From Chromera velia (taxonomy: Eukaryota), in NCBI GenBank assembly GCA_018398765.1, contig JAHBMJ010000357.1, forward strand, positions 1 through 49,968: DNA of 49,968 nt, in the 5' to 3' direction. The notes beneath the pieces are model-generated. The model was given only the letters and a program-made list of their open reading frames with translations, ran no database searches and was not told the DNA's origin. Positions within the stretch are counted from its first letter, which is position 1; the number at the start of each line of letters is the position of its first letter. Below, one piece after another: positions 1 through 12,692 of the stretch. The translations under genes were made by a program, and so were the position numbers.

Positions 1-5
1 CGGTG

Positions 6-882
6 TCAGGCAACGATGGGTCGGTTGGCAAAGCGCGTGGTCTGCCCGTCGCGTGGGGCACTACTGGAGACGTCTGCGTGGCGGTTCCTCCCCCTCCGAT
101 CTGCAAGAGCAAATAAAGCGACAAGTCCTTGTCAAAAATGACTCTCTTCCTCTACGAGCCTCAGGCAGGTCCATTTCATTCTTCGTCTGCTTCTTTTTTG
201 ACTACTTCTATTGTCTCAAGTGGGGCAGATAAGGGAAAAAGAAAGACAACCAGCTGGGCAGACGTCCATCTAGAGACTCGCAAACAGACCCACGACCCCC
301 GCTGTTGTTCCGGAAAAACGTCCACAATCAATGCATGCACGAACACAGAGTGCTTTGCTTGCATACCCACCCGTTTCGGATAGACGTCGCATGAAGTCAC
401 ACGAAAGGACCTGCAGGAAAACGGGGAAAAAGAAAGCAGATGATCCAATAGTTGAAAAAAAAGGATCTCAAGCAACGACAAAGGAAAGAAAAAAACACTC
501 AACAGTGAAACAATCCCGCGACAGAAACTTCTTGGCTGTCGTTGAACCTCTCCAATCGCATATGTGTGTGGCACCCTGCTAGCTTTGTGACGTGCACGCG
601 AACTACTTGAACAATGCAACAACTCTAGCAACAACCGACTCACTTCTTGGTCAACGGAGCGGGGTCATACAACGTGTACCCAGCTCTGTGCTCCAGACAG
701 GGAAAGAAGACAGGCTCCACGGGCCTGCGCGCATTTCGAGAGAAAGTAGGAAGAAGTCAAGAGATGAAAAAGGGTCATGCAAAAGGAAGACGCAGACGAG
801 CACGGGAACTTGCACATACGTACCGGCACCTCTCTCCCCTCTCTCCTCTCTCCTCTCCTTCTTTCTCTCTATCACACACACA

Positions 883-919
<37 letters not shown>

Positions 920-1570
920 TCCCGCTCTCCCTCTTCCACTCCCCCTGTCCCGCTCTCCCTCTTCCGCTCTCCCTCTTCCACTCCCCCTCTCCCGCTCCCC
1001 CCCCCCCCCNNNNNNNNNNNNNNNNNNNNNNNNNNNNNNNNNNNNNNNNNNNNNNNNNNNNNNNNNNNNNNNNNNNNNNNNNNNNNNNNNNNNNNNNNNN
1101 NNNNNNNNNNNNNNNNNNNNNNNNNNNNNNNNNNNNNNNNNNNNNNNNNNNNNNNNNNNNNNNNNNNNNNNNNNNNNNNNNNNNNNNNNNNNNNNNNNNN
1201 NNNNNNNNNNNNNNNNNNNNNNNNNNNNNNNNNNNNNNNNNNNNNNCTCACGCACGCACGCACACACACACATCTATCCACACTTCCTCTCCCTTGCCTC
1301 AACACCTCACAGCGGTATGTGTGGCCTCAGAGAACAGGTAGACGGCGCCTCTCCGTTGTATCAGCCACGCTGTGCGTGTACATGCCTGACTGACTCTAGC
1401 CACCCTTTACCCCTTATGTGTGCGATTTGAAGCAATTATTCTTCGATCAACGCATGAACACGCCGATCGGTCGATCGAGGCTCCCATTCTCTGCTTCTTC
1501 CCTGCACTTCCCTCCTTACCGTTTGTATGTGTGCGGGTATGCAGTCAGATTGTGTGGTTGTGGTTGCCAT
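6..1570 (-). CDS. Possible small spliced gene (~101 aa), unknown product
   Basis: Phase-consistent GT-AG exon chain 1570-1520, 1385-1311, 724-680, 410-371, 100-6 gives MATTTTQSDCIPAHIQT-ACTRTAWLIQRRGAVYLFSEATHTA-ARGACLLSLSGAQSW-VLSCDFMRRLSET-DRRGRN...RPIVA*. No recognisable domain. An N-gap lies in one intron, so it could be non-coding or extend differently. Confidence 0.3.
1010..1246. other. Assembly gap (run of N) flanked by (CT)n/poly-C and (CA)n
   Basis: N characters from 1010 to 1246. Confidence 0.99.
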
Positions 1571-2729
1571 CTTGGGTAGAAGGGCTCCTCAGGAAAGGGG
1601 TAGCGCTTGTCGGGGTTCTTGGAAACCCACGAATACCCCAGCATCTTCCCTGGCTAGCTCGCTTGGTCCTTGCTTTCTTCCTTGTTTCAAGGTTCGTCCG
1701 TGTTCTGAGTAAAGAGAGAAAAAGACGACAGCGTCGTTCCGCCAACTGATCTGTGGGCCTTGCACGTCCTTCGATCTGAGTTCCTTTTTCCCAATGCACG
1801 GCAAGGGGTCTGCAGGTTCGTTTCTGGTTCGCTTCTGCTTCACCTCCTAACGGACCGGAATCGCCAGATCTCAATCAGCTCGAAGAGTCGACGATGTCTG
1901 TGGGTTACTTCAGTACAATCGAAGGATTCAAGACCGAAAGCACGATCGAATGAAGGAAGCAAAGATGAATGAATTATACATGCAAATCGATAAAAAGAAA
2001 GAAGCATGCATGCAAAACGGGATACAATGGGCTACAGAGATCGAGTCGGCATGGCACGGATCCCGCCAAAAGGAGCCTTCAAGGGGGTATATTGAAAACA
2101 AAATGATGCATGCATGCACTTGACAACGTGGCTTTTGTACCCACGCGCGCGCCGCGGAAGGGGGGGGTCCTAGCTCACTATAAGCTCAGTGCCAAAAATA
2201 TAAACATAATATAAGAAAATCAAAAATTGGGACGAATTCTCCGCTTTCCGCTTCCACGTGGCACGTTCAGCTATATGTTCAGCGATCATTCAACTGCACA
2301 GAAGAGAAGATCACATGAAGATCACTTAATTCTGCCTTTTCGTCGTCGTCGAGAAGTTCACGGAGGACGCTTCAAGTAGCAATTGGTTTGGCGCTGAACT
2401 ATTATATGACAGTAATTACGTAGGAGACGTAAGACTTGTCGCTTGAGCTTCATTTTTATTGAAAGGAATCTCTTGGTGATCTCTGGCAGTTTGCTTCCGA
2501 ATGCTTCGCAAAGCTTGCCGGTAACAATCCTCTCACTCTCGCCGCACTGCAGTCTGCACTGCACGTTCGCGCAATCTCTGGCCAGAACCCATGCTGTGCT
2601 GCAAGGCAAGGTTTTAACAAAAGGTGTGGTACTGCCATCTTTTCTAACCATTCTCTTCGACTCATTCTTCGTTCTTGTTGTCAAACTCGCCTCGTCCTGA
2701 ACTTATGCCTTGCTCTTGAAGAAAGTACC

Positions 2730-5700
2730 ATGGGCTCAGTTGGTCACGGAACGCTCTCGCGGGCATGGGAGGAGATCGAACGATGTCTTCGGTGTCCTGC
2801 TTGTCTCTGTTTTGGGGCTGTGCCTCGGCTTGCCCCCTGCGCTCACGTCCTCTGCACTTCGTGCTTAATGAAACATTACGACCCAGAATCGCGGTTCTTC
2901 ACCTGCCCCGTTTGCTTGGAATCATCTCAAGGGGTCAGTCAGTCAGTCAGTCAGTCAGGGTTGCTCAGGCACACACAAAATCGTGTAGACACACAAAGGA
3001 AAACATTGCGATTGTTGTGCCAGTCTGAAGACGGGAGGCCAGTCTCCGTGGCGTTCTGTTCCTTTGCTTGCTTCCTTTGCGGGTGTGTGTCTTTGCTGCA
3101 TTGAGAAGGCTGCTTGTTCCGCTTCTTGATCTCGTCAGCCATTTCCATCTTCCCCTTCAGCGATATTCCCTCCCCGACCTCCCCTTCTCTTCTTCCCCCC
3201 GTCACCTATTTCCCCCTTCTTGAAAGTTCCTGTCCGCGCTTTTCGTTCCGATCTAAGAGTGCCGCGTTTCTATCCTGCAACGGTCGAATGCCGAAAGGGG
3301 AAGAAGGGAATAGCCCCGCAGGTGTCGCGAGTCGTCCTCTGACAGTTTGCATTTCCATCGGTTCATTTGCCTTGTCGGAGTGCCTCCCGTCCCCTTCTCC
3401 GTGCATGAAGAAAGTACATGGATGACTTATTCCAGCTTGTCTGTCGGTCAGTTTCTCTTGCCTGGGCTCTGCGTCTGTGTGAGCATGTGTGTATATAGGT
3501 GTCTGAAAGTGTGTGCGTGCGTGTGTGTGTGTGTGCAGGCGGTGTTCATCCCGACCGAACAGTTGGGGAAGATTATTCAGATCCTCAACCAGAATCCTTC
3601 TCTGAGGGAGTGCATCATCAGGGGGCTGGTCCGTCCGTCCTCTCTTTTTCCTTTCCTTTTTCTGTTCTTACTCGATTTCCCTCTTCCTCAGAATCCTCTT
3701 CCACTTTGTCTCATACTGATCGGCAGGATGCGACTTGTAGCTCTCAAAGCTTGAGTGAGACAATAAAGACATTCAGTGAACAGCAACCTTGAGTCCATGC
3801 ATGGATGAATATCTGACTTGTTGAATTCCGTCTGTCTGTCTGTCTGCCTGTCTGTCTGTCTTGAGAGAGACCCGTTGTTCTCAAAAAGGATGGAACGTTT
3901 GTCCGCTTTATCGATGTGTGTATTCGCTATCTGCCTGCAAGAGGCAGAGTGAATGTACACCCCTACTTGCTCCCATGCATGAATGCGATGCATCAATCAC
4001 ACATTGTTGTGTTTGTCTCTGCAGGGGGCAGCGGATGCAGAGGCGCAAGGAGAGCATTCTGGTGCGGCCTTCCTTCCTCCCAACCCGAATGTGTCACCAG
4101 CCGGAGAAGCCTTTCCAAATGCGCCTGGCTACTCGCCCCTCCCTGTCCCCAACCCCAACCATCCGCACACTCAACCCCCCCTCCCTCACCCCCACACCCA
4201 CCCAAACGTACAGGCACAACAACAACATCCCGACTACCCATCTTCTTCCATCGGCCCCCCCGGGGGTAACCAAATGGGGGCATCTTCCATTCCCCCTCTC
4301 CAATTCTCACCCCAGAACCCAAACGCCGGTCCCCCATCTCTCCACGGACATGTCCCCCACCCCTTTTCCAACCCAAACCAACAAACCCCGCACAACACTT
4401 CAGGGCACAGCCCCGGTCCCGGCCTCGGGGGGCCAGTGCCGTCTCCCTACCCCCCTGGCCCTTCCTCCTACCCCCCCCAAGCCCCCGTCTTTTCTTCAAA
4501 CTCTCACCAGAATGGCGGCAACGGAGGGACCCCTCAGCCCCTGGGTGGTATGGGCGCGTCCCATCTCGCCTTCCCCCGTGGACCCGGGCCCGGCCCTGGT
4601 CCTGTCGGCCCCCCAACGGGAATTGCCCCTCCCGGCCCCGGAGGAGGTGCCATGAACGCGTCGGGCCCGGGCCCACCCGGTGTCGGCCCCGGTCCGATCC
4701 CTCTCGGGATGGGCCCGCCGCAGCAGCAGCAACAGAGAGCAATGGGCGGACCCATGCAGCCCCCCGGAGGATTTCCCGGCCCCTTACCACCAAGGTGGGG
4801 GGAGACTTCGCTCCTCGGTCCTCCAGGAGGCGCTCCGGGATACGGTAACGTCGGCCTGGGTCTACCTCCCATGGACGCAGCTGGGGGGCAAGCAGGTCCC
4901 ATGAGGAGAAACGGACCGACACCGAAGCAGCAGCAACAGCCGCCACCCCCAGGCCAGCAGGTTGCGCCCAATGCCAATGCAGGAAGGGGAATGGGGGGGG
5001 TGACTCCTCTTCCCCTGAACCCACAGGGAGGACCTAGAGGTCTGGTAGGAGGAGCAGGGGGGGGGTCCCAGGCAGCGTCTGCTCGTTCTTGGGGTTCAAA
5101 TCCCTATCCGAATCAAGGAGCTGTGTGCGCGAATGGAGAGAGAGACGGGGGGTTGGGGAAGCAGTGGAGACCGGATGGAGATGGCGAAGGAGGAGCGGTG
5201 GGGATGGAAAACGAATCGGGGGGTGGAGATGTGGTACGAGTAGTCGACGGAGATGTCGATGGTGGAGGTGGGGTCGTCTCCCCTCCCTCCCCCTCTCATT
5301 CGCACATCGACCAACAACTGGAAGAGGAAGCAGCGGCTCAGGGGGAGGGACTGGCGAAAAATTTTCCCGGAGGGGCAGCATCCAGCAGCACGGGGGTGGC
5401 AGGTGGTGTGACAGCTGTGAGTGCGATCGTTGCACCGGGTCCGCGGGGACAGCGGGGGCGTGGATCACGTGACAATGGGATGCGCGTGCCCGTCTCCGAG
5501 CGGGGTCCACCTGGGTCAGTGAGTGAGTGAGTGGGTCCGTGTGTATGCATTTTGTCTCATGGCCGTGGATGCATCTTTCTTTGCCCTTCTTTCTTTCCCT
5601 TTTGTTTTTTTTTGTCCGAGATTTGACAGAGACAGGTCCCTTCATGCAAATAGAATCTTCAGATTTGGTCTCTTTTTTGGTCTTTGTACATGTGCATGCG

Positions 5701-6019
5701 TCAGCACGGGTCTCCCTCTCTCTTGTTCTGTCGGGGTGTCGAGTCGGATGATGCGGTTTGCGTGTTTGTGTTTGCATGTTTTCTTGCTTCCTGCCTGCCC
5801 GCCCGTGCATCCTCTTGCCCGGCTCTCTTCTCCTATTTTGGCCTCTTCTCTCATGATTCATCCATGTTGCACCTGACTGATGCCATGTCACACTGATTTG
5901 GCTTGCAGGGCGAATCTGTTCGTGTGTCGGTTGCCTGAGTGGGCGAATGAGGACGACCTGATGGCGATTGCCCGGCCGTATGGGAGGGTGACCGGGTGCA
6001 AGGTGAGTGACTCGGTTGC

Positions 6020-6055
<36 letters not shown>

Positions 6056-6737
6056 CAGTGTGTGTGTGTGTGAGAGAGAGAAACAGACAGACAGACAGAC
6101 AGACAGACGCAGAGGCAGAGGCAGACGAAGGGAGAGAGGGAGGGCGAGCGCAGTCATGAGGCCCGGAGACAGAGAGGGAGGGCAAAATTGGTAGAATAGA
6201 ACCAACCAACGAAGGCTGAATAAGAAGGGTAGGCAGACAGACCGCTTCATAGGGGCCGATTTCAGAGGCGCAAGTGGACTGGTTGGCTTTCCTGCATGAA
6301 TGAAGTACGCTATGGGTGTACGTTGACACGGCGGCTTTCTGGGTAGGAAAGACGGATAAGTTGAAGATCCAAAAATATGAATGTATGCCTGTGTGCAAAG
6401 GAAATACAAGAATGTGAGCAAGCATAATGTAATGCGCAACATGAACACGCATGCATCACCATCACGCCTGCAGGTGATGCGACACGAGAACGGCACGTCC
6501 AAAAACATCGCCCGCCTGTCGTATGAAACTCCCCGTCAAGCTTTTGCTGCGGTGCGGAATTTGAACGGGAAGCATCTGGCGATGGTGCCGAACGACCCGC
6601 GCATCTCCACTACGCGCATGCCGAACAGCCGCGCGATCAAGGTGGAGGTGCGAAAAGCGGAGTTCTCCCAGATGCTCGTCCACCTGCAGGAGGACGAGGC
6701 CAGGAAGCTCATGCAGCAGGGGCAGCATGGAGACTGA
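2730..6737 (+). CDS. C3HC4 RING-finger / Pro-Gly-Gln low-complexity / RRM protein (~713 aa, 5 exons), putative RNA-binding E3 ligase
   Basis: Exons 2730-2933, 3539-3628, 4025-5514, 5909-6002, 6474-6737 join in phase with GT-AG sites. RING is CPAC-x11-CAH-x2-C-x2-C-x13-CPVC. The RRM has RNP2-like ANLFVCRLP, helix NEDDLMAIARPYGRV, then CKVMRHENGTSKNIARLSY...AFAAVRNLNG...IKVEV. Confidence 0.88.
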
Positions 6738-7157
6738 TTGATTCACTGCAGCCAAGAATATACGGAATGCGAAAATATTCTTTGTCTCAGGAGTACAGAG
6801 TCAAATAAACTCATGCAGCAGGTTTACTGACTGTTTGATTGAGGAGAGACGGGAAAGAAGAGGTAGGTAGGCAGGCAGGCAAACAGACGGATCGACGCAC
6901 GCACGATGGGAACTGCAGGTTGTTGGGTCTCCGCTTGTTCACGACATGAGTTGAAAGGGAAGGAGAGGGTTCGTGGATAACATACGTGCACACGTGCGCA
7001 CACTCTGTTTGTCTGTCCTGCTCTCGGTGCCGTCTGTCTGTCTTCTGTCTTCTTCTGTCAAGCTTGCGAGCCTCGACGCGACAGCTCCTCTTGACCATTC
7101 GTTAGCGTGGGGGGGCGTCTGTCACGCAATCTGACTGACCTTCGTCTCATCCGCTCT

Positions 7158-7228
7158 GCTCATTTGACAGCGAATGGTGAAACTGTACGACCGCTCATTT
7201 GGCAGCGAATGGTGAAACTGTACGACCG
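7158..7228. repeat. 35-bp tandem duplication (2 copies)
   Basis: gctcatttg(a/g)cagcgaatggtgaaactgtacgacc occurs twice in tandem. Confidence 0.85.
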
Positions 7229-7915
7229 AAACAACGAAATACAATCCAACAATCTCTCTTCTATGCTTTCTAGTTCACCTCTTTCCTCCTTCATTCCTTT
7301 CTCTATTCCCCCTTTTCTTCCTTACTTAATTCCCCGACGGAATTTTTGAGTGCTGAAAGAATAAATGAAAGGAAGAAGGCCCAACAAATAAGATCGCTCG
7401 GAAGGGAAACAGAAGACCATGCAGGAACACCCACTCGACCCGTTGCACTCGAAAAAAAAACTCAAGCAGAAAGAACCGAGAGGGGAGTGGCGGGCGAATG
7501 GGGGATGCATCCATTCGTCCTTCGATGGATCAAGGGAGTGAATGTGGATGGATGGGTGCGTCGGCTGCATGGGACCGCATTTCCCTTCCTTGACATCAAT
7601 CAATCAATCAGTCAACAGCTTTCCTTTCCCCTCGCTTTTGAAATCAAAACAAGGAATCAACAGCTCCCCTTTCTGGCTGCCTTTCTCTTCCAATTTCTCT
7701 CTCCCAATTTGTCTGTCGGTTGGTGCGTGTGTTTGTTCTCTTCTTCCTTCTTCTCTTCCTCTTCTCTTCTTCTCTTCTTTCAATTTTCTCTCTTTCTTTC
7801 TTCCACTCACCTTTTTGAATCCCGTCCGCTGAACTCTGCTTCTCTCCTTTCTCTTTGGATCCGATTCTATGCATTCACCAGCTTTCCTTCACTCTTAAGG
7901 CCACCACTCGGTGGC

Positions 7916-7948
<33 letters not shown>

Positions 7949-8512
7949 ATCTGTCTGTGAATCTGTCAACTGAATGCCTCTCTTTTATGAAAAGCAACCT
8001 GCCTTGATCTGGTTTGTCTATGCCCTTTTCTCCTCCAGCCCTCCCGGCTCTTGCCCCTTTTTCCTTTTCTCTTCTCTTCTTTTCCGGTTATGGGGGGTGT
8101 TTCTGCCGTAGGGCAACAAAAGAAAAGAAAAGAGAGGAAAAGAAAACAAACGGGACATCTGTGTAGAGGGGGGAGGAGTGGAATGGAGGATTCGATTCGC
8201 CCATTTGCCCCCTTGTAGTTGGGGGGGGTGACGGAATGGTCGAACTTTCATGCTGTAATGCGATGAACGAATGTGATGAAGAAATATGTATGCGCAGTAT
8301 GCAGAGATGCCCGCACAGAAAGATTACGCATGTTTACAGAACTCAGTCGGCCACCTCTCAAAGATAAAAGGATAAGGAACAAGCACTGCGAAGTGAGCGT
8401 CTGTGCGAAGAATAAGGAAAAAGGGAGTCGAATGAAGGAAAACGGGCCGTCGCTTAGGCGATTTGGCGCAGAAATGCAGAACGGTCCTTCCTTCTGGCAT
8501 CAATGGAGTTTC

Positions 8513-8572
8513 TCGATCAATACAATGAAAAGAAAGCTCCTTGTCGATCAATGCAATGAAAAGAAAGCTCCT
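8513..8572. repeat. 31-bp tandem duplication (2 copies)
   Basis: tcgatcaat(a/g)caatgaaaagaaagctcctt occurs twice in tandem. Confidence 0.85.
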
Positions 8573-9534
8573 TCCCATCTGCCGGCCATTAGCCTCTCGT
8601 GATGAAAGGTTCGTTGCACTTTCTGCTGCTCTTTGTTGGAGTGAACAAAAAAAAGAAGACGCACCGGTCCAATGAAAAGCAGAAAGGTCTCGCGGCAATC
8701 GCAAGAAGAGAGAGAAAATGAGGTAAGCTTGGGGTGATGGGAAAAAATTGGACCAAAGAGAAAAGAGCTGACTGGCTACATGACCCAATCGACTGACTTG
8801 CAGAAACGGCACACACAAGGAGAGAAAGGGGGGAGAGGAGGGGAGAGAAAGGGGACGAAAGTGAGCAAAGCATAAATGGTTTCCATCCACCCATTCATGA
8901 TTTCTCCATCCGTCCACATCCATTCATTCTGTGATGGATTGATTCAGTCGCTTCACCGGGAAAAGACATCCCTCTCTACGCAGAGCGACACTCATGCAGT
9001 TGTGTCTGCATGACGAGCATCGGTTCGTTGCTTTACCATACTTCTTTCCCCCTTCCTTCCTTCCTTCCTTCCTTCCTTCCGTGCAGCGCGCTCTTCATTT
9101 TGTCCGTTCGTCTCAATTCCATCCTAGCGGCTTTGCCTTCCTTCTTTCCCTCCTTAGATTCCTTTTGAGTCGTTTTTGCCGTCTGTCGGCGTTTGAACAC
9201 ATCGACAGATGCAGTCCCTATCTCTCTGCCCCATGTAGCGGTTCTCGTTTCCATCATTTGAGGTTTTCTCTTGTGCATGGAGCAAATAAGATGTGATGAA
9301 GGGAAGCGGCGAGCGCGGTCTTTTTCAACACCTTCAATCGGCCAACCAGATTGCAAGCAAAGCGAGGGGAGGCCGGTGGGTCGATCAGTCGGTGTCTCAG
9401 TCTGATAGCATGCAGATGTCGCGCCGGCCTGTCGCCGCAATGGACTTACTCTTCCTTCCTTCCCTGTTTCTGGAGTGGCACCTCATCAAACAATGTCAAC
9501 CGACGTCTGTCTATTCTTTCTTCCACATACCCAT

Positions 9535-9730
9535 CTTTTCTTTCTTTCTTTCTTTCTTCCTTTCTTTTCTTTCTTTCCTTCCTTCCTTCCTTTCTTTCTT
9601 CCATTCTTTCTTTCTTTCGTTCGTTCGTTCGTTCGTTCTTTCTTTCTTTCTTTTCTTTCTTTCTTTCTCTCTTTCTTTCTTTCTCTGTCTCTCTGTCTCT
9701 CTCTCTCACACACAGACAGACACACACACA
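9535..9730. repeat. Compound (TTTC)n/(TTCG)n/(CT)n/(CA)n microsatellite
   Basis: Direct reading of the sequence. Confidence 0.9.
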
Positions 9731-12597
9731 GTCTCATTTGACCGCAGAGAAGGGGCGAGAAGGAAGCTGCTGCTGTGAAAACAAAAAGCCAAAAAGGACA
9801 AGAAAAGAGGTGAGGAGAGGTGTGAAGAAAAAAAAACGAGGTACCAAAAAGAAACGAACAACCGATTCGGAAGCAACTGATTGAGTGCGGGAATTCATCC
9901 GCTTTCTGCCCCGACCATTACATTCCTTCCATTCATCTAGACAACGGTCATTGGCGCAAGTCAGTAGTCATGTGCACACTTTGAATGGAGCATCCATCTT
10001 CCTTTCTGTGCTTCTTTCTTACCCACCCTGTCTGGTCTTCCTTTCATTCCTACCCATTCTCTCTTTTTTCCTTTTCTGCTGTCCTTCCTTCCTTCCTGCC
10101 TTCCTTTCTTCCTTGTTTGCTTGCTTGCGACAATCGAGACTCCCTCACCGCCGTGTGAAAAAAGTCCCCCTTTTAAGCTTCTCCTCCTCTTCGTTTGTTG
10201 AATGATTATGCCACCGTGCTCGATGGTCTTTTTTGGTGGGTGGAGGGAAAAAAAGAGGGAAGAGACAGTGCGGGGCCTGGATCACGGGCGTAGCGTGTAG
10301 CTCAGCCAAGGCCGTGCAGCCGGCTGGCCTCTCTGGCTGGTTGGTTAGTTGGTTGGTTGTTCGATGTGTTTGCGTATGTGTCTACATGAGCAGCGGTGTG
10401 TGTAAATGCCAGCAGATTGAATGTGCATCTGTCTGTCAGTCAAAAAATAAGCCTTTCTGTCCGTCCGACGGGAGGAATGCAGGCAGAGCTCTTCTGTCGG
10501 TGCTGCCTTCCCTGTCTGTGTCAGTGTCTGTGTCTGCGTCGGCGTCTCTCTGTGCGCATCCATCCATCTTTTCATTCTTTCTGCTCTGTCAGGTCAACTG
10601 GGCGCAGTCGTCCTTCCGGTAGTTGTGCGTGCGTGCGTGCCACCACTCTCCCCCCCGGTCTTTGTTTAAGGTGGATTGAGAATGCAAAGCGCCTACTTGT
10701 TGCGTCAGTCAGACAGTCACCGGATCGATCGATCGATCGAAAATGCAGAAAGAAGAAAAAGGAAGGGGGTCTTGTCAAACAGACAAACAAACAAACAAAC
10801 GTGCGGCCATTCACAAGGCATACAGCAAGGAGATCAAAGTGGAAAGGATCACGTATCGATCCTCGCGTGAGATCAGCAAATGCCTCTACAGCGATGATAC
10901 GATATGATTCAGATCGACCATCGTGGAGGCGGTTTTTTTCTTTCTCTGTCCCTTTCCGTTCTCATTCACTGTGCGAGTTTCAACGTCAGTGCGTGAGGGT
11001 GGCAGAAGGACTATAGGGGGAAAGAGAGGGACAAAGAGGAAGAAAGATTGGAAGGAAACACAAAGGAGCCTGAAAACGGATCGACCCTCCTGCGGGGAGA
11101 GGAGAGGAGAGGAGAGGAGAGTTTTTGGTTGATTGATTCAAAGGCGATAGAGGGAAGAAGAAAAAAGAGAGAAGGAAGAGTTGAGGTCATGGGGGGAGGC
11201 CCTATCCTGTAAGCGTATGAATATGCGTCCGTGTCAACCTGTACCCAGGCATACATTAATACATATTTGTGCACACATGCACGCGCGCGCGCTCTGTATG
11301 CGTCTGTGTGCGCGTGTGTGTGTCAAGCGAGGGCATGAGAAGTATCTTCACTGAGAGAGAAACTCTGTGTGTGTTTTTCCTCTTCTCCCTCCAGGTGGAC
11401 TGCTCGAAAGGAGCATTTTGTTTGTTTGACGTGATCACAGAACACAAACGGCGCAGCTGAAGGGGGCAGGGAGGGAAAGAAAAGGACTGGAAGGACGGAC
11501 CCTCCTTGTTGAGAGCCACACACCGTGAAAGGAAGGAGTCTATTGGAAGCGGAGGTGGGCGTATGCCTACTGTCTTTGCTTCCCTGCCCGCTCAGCCTTC
11601 ATGGTCATGCTTTCTCTTCTTTTCTTTTCTTCCGCTCTAACATTTGCGCTACTCCTCCGCGCATTCCGTCGCCCTCCTGGGCGATTGTACGAAAAACTCC
11701 GGAAAGAATGAGAGAGAAAAAATATAGGAAAAAAGGACGAAGAACACGATTGTTGAGAAGAAAACTAATCGAGAGAGACAGATTGGAGCAAGTTCTGTCT
11801 GCATTCCTTACTCTGGCCTCCTAGTGGTCTGACAGTGGTCTGACTGACTAATGATGTTTTAGAGGTCCTGCAGAGAGAGAGAAAGAAGGCCTGTGTTCGC
11901 TATTCTTATTTGGTGGCTTCGTGTCGTGTCGTGTCGTGTGGTGTGGTGTCACTTTCTCCTCTTCCTGTATGCGCTTCTTCAAACGATGTACCTCTGTCTC
12001 TCTCTCCTCTTCTGTTTGGTCGGTTGACTGTCTGAGTCTGCGTCCGAGAAAGAGCGTCTGTTCACATCTTCATTCATTTCTGTTTGATCTTCTGAAGGAA
12101 AAGGATGGGGTGGTCTGGTTGTACTGGTTCCAGGGGGGCTGGGGTGCGAAGGTAACGGGTCGAAACGAAGATTCCCTTTTCATGTTACGTGACCCCCCTC
12201 CTTTTCTGCGCCCATGTCGGTGAGACGATCTTCTATCTCTCATATTCTCTCTCTCTCTTTCTCTCTCTTTCTTCCTTTTGCTTTCTGTCGATCTCCTTCT
12301 CTCTCTGTTTTCTCTTTGTTTGGTCCTGTCTCTCTCCGCTTCAAAGTCCTCTTCTCTTTTCTCCTCTGCTCTTCTCTTCTCTCTTCTCTGGCTCGGCGCG
12401 GATTTTTCTCTCCCCGCCTGTCAAGTCAAGCTTTTGAAGAGACGCTGACAGATAGAGAGACCGGAAACAAAGGGGACCCTCCCAAGAGAGGGGGGCAGTG
12501 TACAACGAAGGTAACATGTGACTGACTAACTCTGGTTTGAGAAGCCGAAGGGGTTGGATGGCGGCGTGAGAACGGAAGGAACAATAGGGAAGTAAGT

Positions 12598-12692
12598 CTC
12601 TTCTTCTTCTTCTTCTTCTTCTTGTTCTTCTTCTTCTTCTTCTTCTTCTTCTTGTTCTTGTTCTTGTTCTTCTTCTTCTTCTTCTTCTTCTT
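12598..12692. repeat. (CTT)n trinucleotide microsatellite with TTG interruptions
   Basis: Direct reading; it begins just after a gtaagt donor-like hexamer. Confidence 0.9.

Noticed and set aside
592..1430. Long ORFs spanning the N-run
   Set aside because: Artefacts of translating across the assembly gap and the (CT)n tract.
3993..6452. Long antisense ORFs (343 aa, 472 aa) overlapping the RING-RRM gene
   Set aside because: Shadow ORFs of a GC-rich coding exon and its introns; no domain signal.
9293..9884. FLSF/ERKK-repeat ORFs (also 16791-17678 and 44836-45567)
   Set aside because: Translations of tetranucleotide microsatellites in introns or intergenic DNA.
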